From an uncultured bacterium (lineage in GTDB: Bacteria; Chloroflexota; UBA5177; JANWHV01), in assembly GCA_963729625.1 (NCBI GenBank), contig CAVSOU010000010.1:1248001-1312000 (forward strand): DNA of 64,000 bases, in the 5' to 3' direction. Below the pieces are notes generated by a model that was not told where the DNA came from, did no database searches, and saw only the letters and a list, made by a program, of their open reading frames with translations. Positions 41,974 through 51,128 of this stretch are shown here, piece after piece. The position numbers were made by a program, and so were the translations under genes. Each line of letters starts with the position of its first letter. Within the stretch, counting starts at the first letter, position 1.

Positions 41974-43086
41974 ATGCGTGGTTATCAGCCACACCCGCCG
42001 AGGGATGGCCGATTCAGCATCGCCGCGGACGGTAAGCCGGCCCGCTCGCGTGCTTTCAGGACAACAGCAGCCGTGTTGCTCGCTGCCTGCCTGGCCATTA
42101 CCATGCTGGCATGGCCCGCCGGCACACGGTCTGCGCGCCAGCAGGATCAAGTGGTTGTCACCATCGACCCCGCGATTGGTTTGGCGGGCAGCACCTTCTC
42201 GATCGGCGCCTCGGGCTATTCCTCGTTCGTGGTTCAGATTCAGGCCACTGCGTTCATCCAGTTCGACATGAACGGGCAGCCGGTTACGATCGGCCAACAG
42301 GCGATTGAGTACTGCCCAAATTCCCCACAGGACATCCAGGTCTACGGATTTGGCGCGCCGTGCGGCCCGGGCGTTTTGGTGACGGTACCGGCCGATGCCG
42401 CGCCCGGCCCTCATACGGTGACGGTGCACGTGCCGAATGCCAACCCCCTCCTGGTGGGCGGCGCCATCGACGTGCAAACTACCTACACCGTGATCGCACC
42501 GGATACGGCCACGCCGACCATCACGGACACCCCCACGCCGACCATCACGGACACCCCCACCGCGACAGTCACGCCTACCGCGACCGGCACACCCACATCG
42601 ACAGTCACGCCCACCGCGACCGGCACACCCACATCGACAGTCACGCCCACCGCGACCGGCACGCCCACATCCACCGCTACAGGCACAGCTACGTCGACGG
42701 CCACGAACACGGCACCCTCAACCGCCACCAGTACTCGCTCGGCCACCAGCACACCAGCGAGGGCCACTGCTTCCGCCACGTCTACGCCGGGCAGGCCAGT
42801 GGCCGTGCTGGTTACGCCCCTCTTCTCGATCGGCAAACTGATCCTGACCGTTCGCGGTCAACCGTTGGCGGCGGTCAACATTTCCCTTGCTATCCAACAC
42901 AGCCAGAAGGGCGTCGTCAGCAAGGTGTATCAGGTGAAGAAGACCGGTACAATGGACTCGAAAGGCGGCTTCTCCACCGTGCTGCCCATCACGTATCGCG
43001 GTCGAGGTCTGGCCGCGCTTATCGTGATCGTCAACGGTCAATCGAAGGGCGTTCGGCTGAGTCGCACGTACCGCTACAGCGGCTGA
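41974..43086 (+). CDS. Exported protein: Ig-like domain + Thr/Pro linker + basic beta domain
   Basis: Hydrophobic signal, 'VTVPADAAPGPHTVTVH', ~95-aa Thr/Pro-rich stretch, Lys/Arg-rich C-terminal domain; GGAGG RBS. Confidence 0.8.
   Translation: MRGYQPHPPRDGRFSIAADGKPARSRAFRTTAAVLLAACLAITMLAWPAGTRSARQQDQVVVTIDPAIGLAGSTFSIGASGYSSFVVQIQATAFIQFDMNGQPVTIGQQAIEYCPNSPQDIQVYGFGAPCGPGVLVTVPADAAPGPHTVTVHVPNANPLLVGGAIDVQTTYTVIAPDTATPTITDTPTPTITDTPTATVTPTATGTPTSTVTPTATGTPTSTVTPTATGTPTSTATGTATSTATNTAPSTATSTRSATSTPARATASATSTPGRPVAVLVTPLFSIGKLILTVRGQPLAAVNISLAIQHSQKGVVSKVYQVKKTGTMDSKGGFSTVLPITYRGRGLAALIVIVNGQSKGVRLSRTYRYSG
42511..42672 (+). repeat. Coding tandem repeats: 2 x 24 bp (TPTITDTP) and 3 x 36 bp (TVTPTATGTPTS)
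   Basis: Visible at 42511-42558 and 42565-42672. Confidence 0.9.
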
Positions 43087-43344
43087 GCACGGCTTGCATT
43101 CTCCACAAACTAACGGGGCTCCGCCCCGGACCTCAAGATGTACGGATAGGAACTGGTGCGGTGGGTCGTAGCCCCTGGTTGCCGGCACACACGAAGTACG
43201 GTAGAACCGCGCTGACCTTACACGGTGGGCGTAAACTGCAAGGAGTGGTGCATCGACGCTGGCGTCTCAATCAAAGGATGATGTCGAAGCGCTCCTAAAA
43301 CCGAGTCACCGCTCGAAATCCTCGACCGCCACAAGCTGGAGGCA

Positions 43345-43674
43345 ATGATGGCGATGCCGCGCCTGCAGATGCGACTCCTGGGCGGCTTCAACCTCAGCTA
43401 CGATAATCTGCCCATACAGGCAGTGCATTCCGCACGCCTGCACGCGCTGCTCGCCTACCTCCTCCTCCATCGTGATGCGCCGCAACCTCGGCAACATCTC
43501 GCATACCTGTTCTGGCCGGACGCAACCGAGCTGCAGGCGCGCAGCAACTTGCGCCAACTGCCGCACCAGTTTCGTCACGTGTTGCCTGGTGCCGACGGCT
43601 TTCTCGGATACCTGGGCGCCGCCTGCTCGATCGGCGCTTCCCCCTTGCGGCGTTTACGCAGTTGTATAAGGTAA
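43345..43674 (+). pseudogene. N-terminal fragment of a SARP/BTAD-type transcriptional regulator
   Basis: 'RLLGGF.L', 'ALLAYLLLH...RQHLAYLFWPD...ARSNLRQ'; truncated before the BTAD/ATPase regions. Confidence 0.8.
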
Positions 43675-43773
43675 TTGTACGCCACACCTATCGATGGACA
43701 GCGCGCTGAACAGGTGCCTTCCTGAGAAGGACGGAAGGATCTCCGTCCCGCGCACGGCGGCTCCTTGTTCTAG

Positions 43774-45521
43774 CCTGGATTATGCGGGAACGAGCAGCTG
43801 AGCCGCAGGGAGGCAGGTTTCAGGCTACGAACCGTTGAGCGTGGTTGATTGCTAGGGTTCGCTCCCTTATGGTCAAGTTCTTAGACGACGACCAACGAGC
43901 GGAGCGAACCCTATGGCTACTCAGTCTGCCACACAGCGCTATCACTTTGCCACCCAGACCGGGTTGGCGCTCGAGGCCCTCTTTGATGGTGGCCGCCTGA
44001 CCAGCGATGGCGGCCTGCCCTGGCTCGCCAAGGCCGACGCGGTGTTGGGACTGTGTGCCGGGCTGGCAGCGAGCCTGCCGGAGCGCCGCCAGCGGCACAT
44101 CCGCTACTCCCTGGAGGGTCTGGTCCGCCAGCGCGTGTTCCAGATTGCCTGCGGGTACGAGGACCAGAACGATGCCAACACCCTGCGCCACGACCCCCTG
44201 CTCAAGATGGTCTGCGGGCGTCTGCCGGAGAGTGGTCCTGCGCTGGCCGGCCAGTCCACCTTCAGCCGCCTGGAGAACAGCGTGGACCGGCAAGCCTGTC
44301 GCCACCTGGCCCACGCCCTCCTGGAGGTGTACCTGGTGGCGAGGGAACAGGACGGCGTGCCTCGGCACATTCTGCTGGACATCGACAGCACGGATGACCC
44401 CACGCACGGGCACCAGGAAGGGGCGGCGTACCACGGGTACTACCGCCAGCACCAGTACTACCCGCTGCTCGTCTTCGATGGCGAGACCGACCAGCTGATC
44501 ACCGCCATCCTGCGCCCGGGCACGGTGCACGGCAGCCGCGGGGTGATTACGGTGCTGCGCGTGCTAGTCCGGGCCTTTCGGCAGCGCTGGCCCGGCGTGC
44601 AGATCGAGATCCGCGCTGACGCAGCGGGCGCCACGCCCCGAATCTACCAGTTCTGCGAGCGCCACCATATCACCTACACCCTGGGTCTGGGCACCAATGC
44701 CCGCCTGGCAGCCCTGGCCGCGCCCCTGCTGGCGCAGGCCCAGGCCCAGCGCGAGGCCACCGCCGCGGAGAAGGTCCGCCTGTGCGGCGAGACCACCTAC
44801 CAGGCCGAGAGTTGGGACCGCGCACGGCGCGTGGTCTACAAGACCGAAGCCCTGGCCAAGGGGCCCAATGTCCGCTTCGTCGTCACCAGCCGCACCGACG
44901 CGCCGACAGACCTCTACGATTGGTATGTCGATCGGGGCACCCCGGAACTGTGGATCAAGGACATCAAGCTCGCCTGCTTCGCCGACCGCCTGAGCGACCA
45001 TCGCTTCTGGGCCAACCAGTGCCGCCTCATCCTGCACGCCGCCGCCTATTGGCTCCTCGATACCCTCCGACGCTGGCTGACTGCCCGCGGCCTGCCCCGT
45101 CTGCAGCTCGATACCCTGCGGCTCCAGCTCATCAAGATCGGCGGCCGGGTGCGGGAAGGGCTGCACCGCATCCGCCTGCACCTGGCCAGCAGCCATCCTG
45201 GTCAGGCCCTCTGGAGCCTGCTCGGTGCGCAGCCGCCCGGCCACGCGCCGCCGTTCCTCCGCTAATCCGTCCCGCTGCTGCCGATCGCTGCCGACACCGC
45301 GACTGTCCCTGTCGCGGTACGACCCCTCACGCCGTCCTCCCCGCGCCAACTGCCCCACCAGCGAGCCCAGCCACGCACCGCTGGACGCACGCTGGATCCT
45401 GCCGCCGCACCAGGCCCCCTCTGCATGCCGGCGCACATTACCTCGACGCGATGCGGGCCGCGACGAGCCTCCCCTCAACCTTGCTTAGCTCGCTTCCTTC
45501 AGGGGTCCCGCATAATCCAGG
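43774..45521 (+). mobile_element. IS1380-family insertion sequence, 1748 bp
   Basis: Perfect 16-bp terminal IRs CCTGGATTATGCGGGA / TCCCGCATAATCCAGG, flanked by CTAG on both sides (43770-43773, 45522-45525). Confidence 0.93.
43913..45265 (+). CDS. IS1380-family DDE transposase
   Basis: 'LTSDGGL', 'GYEDQND..TLRHDP', 'LDIDSTDDPTHGHQE', 'LRPG', 'IRADA', 'RGTPELWIKDIK', 'FWANQ.RL'. Confidence 0.93.
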   Translation: MATQSATQRYHFATQTGLALEALFDGGRLTSDGGLPWLAKADAVLGLCAGLAASLPERRQRHIRYSLEGLVRQRVFQIACGYEDQNDANTLRHDPLLKMVCGRLPESGPALAGQSTFSRLENSVDRQACRHLAHALLEVYLVAREQDGVPRHILLDIDSTDDPTHGHQEGAAYHGYYRQHQYYPLLVFDGETDQLITAILRPGTVHGSRGVITVLRVLVRAFRQRWPGVQIEIRADAAGATPRIYQFCERHHITYTLGLGTNARLAALAAPLLAQAQAQREATAAEKVRLCGETTYQAESWDRARRVVYKTEALAKGPNVRFVVTSRTDAPTDLYDWYVDRGTPELWIKDIKLACFADRLSDHRFWANQCRLILHAAAYWLLDTLRRWLTARGLPRLQLDTLRLQLIKIGGRVREGLHRIRLHLASSHPGQALWSLLGAQPPGHAPPFLR

Positions 45522-46013
45522 CTAGACGGCAAGTGGTACTGATCACCTGGCGCGGGCTGGCTGTCAGCGGCGACCGCTCTCCGAAGCGCAGCGGGGCGCA
45601 ACTTGTGCGACGGCCGGAACGAGGCACCCGCCTGCTCTTGGCATCCGGAACGTGTCGCGTAACACGCGGCTGCCCGCAACGACAGGCCGCCACGGCACGA
45701 GCGACACGCACGCAAGCTCGTCGCCGTGCTGGCTCGTACCTTCGCGGGTACAGACAGCTACCGGCTCAAGGACCGGCCATGCCGCCGAACACCCGGCCCT
45801 TCCGCGGAGATGCCGCTCGAGCGCCACCAACCGGCGATCGTTGCGAAGCCGAGCTGTCCAATCTACGCTGGGCGGGAGAACGGTAGTCAACAGGCGACAG
45901 GGACCGCTCAAGGCAGCGTTGCATCGTTGGAACGACTGCCTCACCCGCGGCAACGGCTTGGTGCCGCAGCGGCCAAAGCACCGTCACCGCCCACCCTGCG
46001 CCCTCGGCACTGT

Positions 46014-47069
46014 CCCGGGGACGTTGCTCCCCATGCATGGGAGGGCGATGCAAGGTGGCGTGGCGCGCGCTCAGCTTGCCGGTGCCGGAGCAGGGGCCGC
46101 TGCTTTGCGTGCGCCGACCTCCTTCTGCAGCAGGAACATCGCGGTCGGGTTGTCCCCAATCATCTTCAGCGCCTCCACGATCTGCGTAGCGTTCTTCTCC
46201 TCCTCCACCTGCTCGCTCACAAACCACTGCAGCAGGATCTGCGCCGGATAATCCTCTTCCCGCAGCGCCAGCGCATAGATCCCGTTGACGGAAGCCGTCA
46301 CCGCCTGTTCATGCTGCAGGGCCTGGCTGAAGGCGTCGAGCGGCGAGGCGAAATCGCGCCCGGGCTGGTCCAGTGCCAGCAGCTCGGGGCGGCTGCCGCG
46401 GTCGAGCAGGAAGTCGAAGATGCGCATGGCGTGACCCACTTCCTCCTGACTCTGCAGCCGCAGCCACCGCGCAAAACCCGCCAGACCGGTCGACTCGCAG
46501 TACCCCGAGGCCGATAGGTAGAAATAGGCTGACGCCAGCTCCGTGCTGATCTGCCGGTTGAGTGCGGTCCTGACGGCTTCCTTCATGACACGCTTCCCCT
46601 CTCAATTGAGCGGACTACCGAATCTTGTGGACGCGAGATGAGCGGAAGACTAGCCCGCGACCTGCCCTCCCGACCCTATCAGCCCGCTGCTCGCGCCTGC
46701 TTTATGGTAGAACGTCTGCGACGTGCACGCCAGGGGCACGCTGCGCCAAGGCCAGGGCACGCCGGAGATCGCGTACGGCATCCGGCAACTTGCCCACGTC
46801 CGCGAGCGCTTGTCCGCGTGTCTGCTAACCCGCCGGCTGGTATTTGAGCCGACCCCGTCGACGACTTTGGCCCACCGATTCAGTCGCACGCCCGATTGCG
46901 TCGCCCCATCGGCCGCGGGCAAGAGCAATCTCGGCGCGCACCTGAGTGAGGCGGATCTGCCATAACCAACCGTGCCATCGTGCGGTGGCGCCGCCACCCG
47001 GGTAGTGGTGGGCATGGCTACGCGGGGACTGCGAGCCGTCACACTTACCGCTTGCTCGGCCAGGTTGAT
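46014..47069. repeat. Long direct repeat, copy 2
   Basis: Matches 21946-23136 with scattered substitutions and a 135-bp internal deletion. Confidence 0.95.
46071..46586 (-). CDS. ftnA: Non-heme ferritin, copy 2
   Basis: Identical to copy 1 except three substitutions (M>T, V>A, S>A). Confidence 0.93.
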   Translation of the reverse strand: MKEAVRTALNRQISTELASAYFYLSASGYCESTGLAGFARWLRLQSQEEVGHAMRIFDFLLDRGSRPELLALDQPGRDFASPLDAFSQALQHEQAVTASVNGIYALALREEDYPAQILLQWFVSEQVEEEKNATQIVEALKMIGDNPTAMFLLQKEVGARKAAAPAPAPAS

Positions 47070-47196
47070 CATTAACCTTGGCCAAGGTAGTGTGGTGCTA
47101 TCACGAGCGGGCTGTGACCGGAACACGGGCTTTGCTCGCAGAGGCCACAGTTGGCTTCCTCCAGCAACCCCGGACCACGCGTTTAGGGAGTGATCG

Positions 47197-47607
47197 GTGA
47201 CAGTGGTACGCTTGCGGACAGATCTCCAACTGCTACCTCATCGCGAGCGGTCAGATTTTCCGCCGCGTCGGCTGTCGTCCGGTGTGCAGGTGTGGCTGGT
47301 CGCCCCGGCGATTGCGGCGCTGCTGATCTGTTGGCCGTTTGCGGCGGCTCACGCGTCCCCTACGCACGGCCATGCACAGAACACCCAGATTCATGCGCAG
47401 TCGCATTATCGGCCGGGGCGAACGGCGGATGGCCGTGGCAATGCCCTGGCCATCAACCCAGTGCTCAGCACAACGCACGCTGGGCCTGGGGCCAGCCATC
47501 CGCGCACGGGTACTCACTCCCTACCCTATCGTAGCGCAACAGCGGGTCCGATCCGTGCCCCGCCTGTCCAGCGCTTGGTCGGCGTGCGCGACGCGACGCG
47601 TGTCTGA
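47197..47607 (+). CDS. Small protein with signal/TM segment, His-rich linker and near-terminal RAPP motif (candidate arrest peptide)
   Basis: GGGAG RBS before the GTG; 'VWLVAPAIAALLICWPFAAAHA-S'; His-rich spacer; 'GPIRAPPV' near the end. Confidence 0.5.
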   Translation: MTVVRLRTDLQLLPHRERSDFPPRRLSSGVQVWLVAPAIAALLICWPFAAAHASPTHGHAQNTQIHAQSHYRPGRTADGRGNALAINPVLSTTHAGPGASHPRTGTHSLPYRSATAGPIRAPPVQRLVGVRDATRV

Positions 47608-47829
47608 AGGGATTCCACGAGGCGCGGCAATCTCAGTTGGGAATGGGGAATTCGATTCGCATGCAGCGTGCACCGAGCGGCGCGCCGGGCAGTGAATGAC
47701 TTGCGAGGCCCTTGCCAGTAGCGGTGCGCTTGCTGGGATACCCACCGACCGGTGGAAGGCGCCTGTGCGCTCGAGCGGTTTGTCGTACGTAGTCAACCAC
47801 ATGAGCATCAGAGGGAGGCACGTAGAGCC

Positions 47830-49239
47830 ATGGTCCAACAGGTTTCGAAACCGTTCACATTTGATGACGCCGCGGTGCAGCCACTTCGAGCGAGCCTGCG
47901 CGGCACCGTGCTCCTCGCGGGCGCCGAGGGCTACGAACAGGCGCGCCAGGTCTATAATGCGATGATCGACAAGCATCCAGGGGCTATCGCACGCTGTGCC
48001 GATGTGGCGGATGTGATCGCGGCGGTCAACTTCGCCCGTGAGAACGGGGTGACGCTGGCGGTGCGCGGCGGCGGGCATAACGGCGGTGGCCTGGGCACCT
48101 GCGAGGGAGGACTCGTCATCGACCTCTCGCTGATGAAAGGCACGCGCGTCGACCCGGAGGCCCGTACGGTGCGGGTGGCCGGCGGCTGCACCTGGGGTGA
48201 GGTCGACCACGCTACCCATGCCTTCGGGCTGGCCACGCCCAGCGGCATCATCTCCACCACCGGCGTGGGCGGCCTGACCCTGGGCGGCGGCATCGGCCAT
48301 TTGACACGCGCGTGCGGCCTGGCCATCGACAACCTGCTGGAAGTGGATATGGTGCTGGCCGACGGCAGCGTTGTCACCGCTAATTCCGACCAGCATAGCG
48401 ACCTGTTCTGGGCGGTGCGCGGGGGCGGGGGCAACTTCGGCGTGGTCACCTCCTTCCTGTTCACGCTGCACCCTGTCAGCACGGTCTACGGCGGACCAAT
48501 GCTCTGGCACCTTGAGAAGAGTGAAGCGGTGCTGCGCTGGTATCGCGACTTCATCAAGCAGGCGCCGGACAATCTGAACGGCTTCTTCGCCTTCCTCACG
48601 GTACCGCCGGGCCCACCCTTCCCGGAGCACCTGCACGGCACGAAGATGTGCGGCGTGGTCTGGTGCTACACCGGACCGGCGGAGCGGGCCGAGGCGGTCT
48701 TCGCTCCCATCCGGAGCACATTCGGCGGCCCCGACCTCGACTTCGTGGGTCCGCTGCCGCATCCTGCCTTGCAGGGCATGTTCGACGCGCTCTATCCTCC
48801 GGGCCACCAGTGGTACTGGCGGGCGGACTTCGTCAAAGAGCTGAGCGACGAGGCGATCGCGCGACACATCGCGCACGCCGCCGCCCTGCCGACCATGCAG
48901 TCCAGCATGCACCTCTACCCGGTGAACGGGGCAGCGAGCCGGGTCGATCCGCACGCGACTGCCTGGAGCTATCGCGATGCCACCTGGGCAGAGGTGATCG
49001 TGGGCGTCGACCCCAATCCGGCCAATGCGGGAACGATCAAGGACTGGACCATCGCCTATTGGGAGGCGCTGCATCCCTACTCCATGGGCGGCGCCTACGT
49101 GAACTTCATGATGGACGAGGGGCAAGAGCGGGTCGAGGCGACCTACCGCGGCAACTACCCACGCCTGGCTGCGGTCAAGAAGCAGTACGACCCGACCAAC
49201 CTCTTCCATGTCAACCAGAATATCCGGCCGCAGGCTTGA
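47830..49239 (+). CDS. FAD-linked oxidoreductase (VAO/PCMH fold, BBE-like)
   Basis: 'AVRGGGHN', 'TGVGGLTLGGG', 'DLFWAVRGGGGNFGVVT', 'YVNF', 'KKQYDPTNLF'. Confidence 0.93.
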   Translation: MVQQVSKPFTFDDAAVQPLRASLRGTVLLAGAEGYEQARQVYNAMIDKHPGAIARCADVADVIAAVNFARENGVTLAVRGGGHNGGGLGTCEGGLVIDLSLMKGTRVDPEARTVRVAGGCTWGEVDHATHAFGLATPSGIISTTGVGGLTLGGGIGHLTRACGLAIDNLLEVDMVLADGSVVTANSDQHSDLFWAVRGGGGNFGVVTSFLFTLHPVSTVYGGPMLWHLEKSEAVLRWYRDFIKQAPDNLNGFFAFLTVPPGPPFPEHLHGTKMCGVVWCYTGPAERAEAVFAPIRSTFGGPDLDFVGPLPHPALQGMFDALYPPGHQWYWRADFVKELSDEAIARHIAHAAALPTMQSSMHLYPVNGAASRVDPHATAWSYRDATWAEVIVGVDPNPANAGTIKDWTIAYWEALHPYSMGGAYVNFMMDEGQERVEATYRGNYPRLAAVKKQYDPTNLFHVNQNIRPQA

Positions 49240-49376
49240 CAAGCAGGAGGCCGGGTTTGTGGCAAGCAAGGCGGGCCGCCACGGAAGGGGAGTAATCCGC
49301 CGTGCGTCCCCTTTAGCGTAGGCACCGTCGACGCTTGCCGCAATGTTGCACAACGTCAGGGCAAGGAGGAAGACCG

Positions 49377-49805
49377 ATGTCCACCGAGGAAATCAGGGCA
49401 ACGATGCGTCGCATCCCCGAGGAAATCTACAATCAAGGCAAGTTGGACGTCGTCGACGAGCTGTTCAGCACGGACTACGTCGAGCATTTCCCACTGCCCC
49501 CCGGCTTTCCGGCCGGGCTCCCCGGCGTGAAGGCGTTCATTACCGCGCTGCGGGCTGCATTTCCCGACTTCTACTACACGGTCGAGGACGAAGTCGTCGA
49601 AGGCAATAAGTACGTAGTGCGCGTCACGGCTCGGGGCACGATGCAGGGAAACTTTCTGGGCATGCCCGCGACGGGCAAACAGGCGACGTGGTCGGAGATT
49701 CACATCGCCCACGTGGCACGCGGGAAACTGGTAGAACACTGGACCTGCATCGACCAACTGGGTATGTTGCAGCAACTCGGCGTGATCCCGGCGCCGGGAC
49801 AGTAG
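49377..49805 (+). CDS. SnoaL-like ester cyclase family protein
   Basis: 'RAAFPD..YTVED.V.EG', 'GTMQGNFLGMPATGK', 'GKLVEHW..D.LGMLQQLG'. Confidence 0.9.
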   Translation: MSTEEIRATMRRIPEEIYNQGKLDVVDELFSTDYVEHFPLPPGFPAGLPGVKAFITALRAAFPDFYYTVEDEVVEGNKYVVRVTARGTMQGNFLGMPATGKQATWSEIHIAHVARGKLVEHWTCIDQLGMLQQLGVIPAPGQ

Positions 49806-49962
49806 ACTACGTCTCATGCATCGCGCCTGTCGAGCTGAGGCAAGGTAGCATCACGGCACACGGGGCGACCGGCCGCTGCTGACACACGGGGTCGGCTCCA
49901 GGGTCATTTCGCGGAGGAGCAGAACGCAACCTGAATCCGGATAGAGGAGAAGGAGAACGCAA

Positions 49963-50259
49963 ATGTACGGCACAGTGGCACGAATGCGCATCAAGCCCGG
50001 AGCGGAGGGGCAATTCCTTGAACTGAACCGCGGGTTCGAGGCACCGAAAGGGGTCGTCGCTGAATACCTGTATCGAATGGATACCGATCCCACCGACTAC
50101 TACCTCACGGTTGTGTTCGAAAGCAAGGAGGCGTATGTAGCGAATGCTGCGAGGCCGGAGATGCACGCCTTCTACCTGCGGTATCGGGAGATGCTCACGG
50201 CAGAGCCCGAATGGCATGATGGCACGATCGTCGATGCACGCACCTGGAGTAGTACCTGA
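49963..50259 (+). CDS. ABM-like dimeric alpha/beta-barrel protein
   Basis: 'ARMRIKPG', 'VVFESKEAY.ANA.RPE'; ~98 aa; AGGAG RBS. Confidence 0.75.
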   Translation: MYGTVARMRIKPGAEGQFLELNRGFEAPKGVVAEYLYRMDTDPTDYYLTVVFESKEAYVANAARPEMHAFYLRYREMLTAEPEWHDGTIVDARTWSST

Positions 50260-50426
50260 GGATGACCTGTCGAGACAATGAGACCTACGGTGCCAACGCC
50301 GGCAACCCAAGTCTGGACGCCTGGTGTCGGCGTTGGCGTGCGTGCCTGGACGAGGACGCTATCTGGGAGGATGGTGATATCGTCGTGGTAATCACCTGGC
50401 AAACTTCGCCGGAGTAAACTCGCACC

Positions 50427-51128
50427 ATGTCCGCCTTGCACGCCGAAGTCCGCCTTGCCGAGCTGGTTGCCACGCTGTCGCTGGGCACCGACCTTGGCCT
50501 TGGGCAGCCAATGGAGCACGTCATCCGCCACACCCTGATCGCGCTGCGGATCAGTGAGCGGCTGGGCTTCGACGAGTCCGCGCGCGCGGTTCTGTACTAC
50601 GCCGGTTGCTGGCCTGGGTCGGTTGCCACATAGACGCCTACGAGCAAGCCAAGTGGTTCGGGGACGACATCGCGCTCAAGGCGGACTCATTGGCGCAATC
50701 GCCGTGCAGCATCACGAGCGGCTTGACGGCTCGGGGTATCCGCGAGGCCTCTCGGGCGATGCCATCAGCCCGGCGGGACGGATCCTCGTCGCGGCCGACA
50801 CGCACCATGCGATGACCGAGCTACGACCGCACCGGCCGGCGCGGTCGTCCGAGGAGGCGGTGGCGGCGATACGGACCGAGGTTACGGCCGGGCGGCTGGA
50901 TGGCGACGCGGTCAATGCCGTGCTCCGTGCCGCCGGCCACCAGGTACGTGCGCGCCGCGACTGGCCTGCCGGGTTGACCGGGCGCGAGATAGAGGTGCTG
51001 AAGTTGGTGGCCTGCGGGTTCTCCAACAAGGAGATTGCGGAGCAACTGGTTATCTCGCGCAAGACAGCGGGCAATCACGTCGACCACATCTACACGAAGA
51101 TCGGCGCCTCGACCCGAGCCAGGGCAAG
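50427..51128 (+). pseudogene. HD-domain + LuxR regulator with frameshifts and an internal deletion
   Basis: 'RLAELVATLSLGTDLGLGQP', 'WVGCH..AYEQAKWFGDDI', then an abrupt jump to 'HHERLDGSGYPRG', followed by a LuxR HTH 'LTGREIEVL...NKEIA'. Confidence 0.8.

Noticed and set aside
42511-42672. Tandem repeats as a CRISPR array
   Set aside because: The repeats are contiguous, in frame and without unique spacers. They encode a Thr/Pro linker, and no cas genes are present.
30553-43086. Operon as eCIS/T6SS, Tc toxin, Rhs or prophage tail locus
   Set aside because: No recognisable sheath, tube, baseplate, PAAR, YD/RHS repeats, terminase, portal or capsid motifs.
47521-49353. 610-aa minus-strand ORF, and similar long antisense ORFs such as 8650-9714, 26007-27245 and 40225-41643
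   Set aside because: These are shadow frames of well-supported genes in high-GC DNA and have no family motifs.
47830-50259. FAD oxidase + SnoaL + ABM as a secondary-metabolite cluster
   Set aside because: No PKS, NRPS, RiPP precursor or terpene core gene is nearby, and these families are common stand-alone genes.
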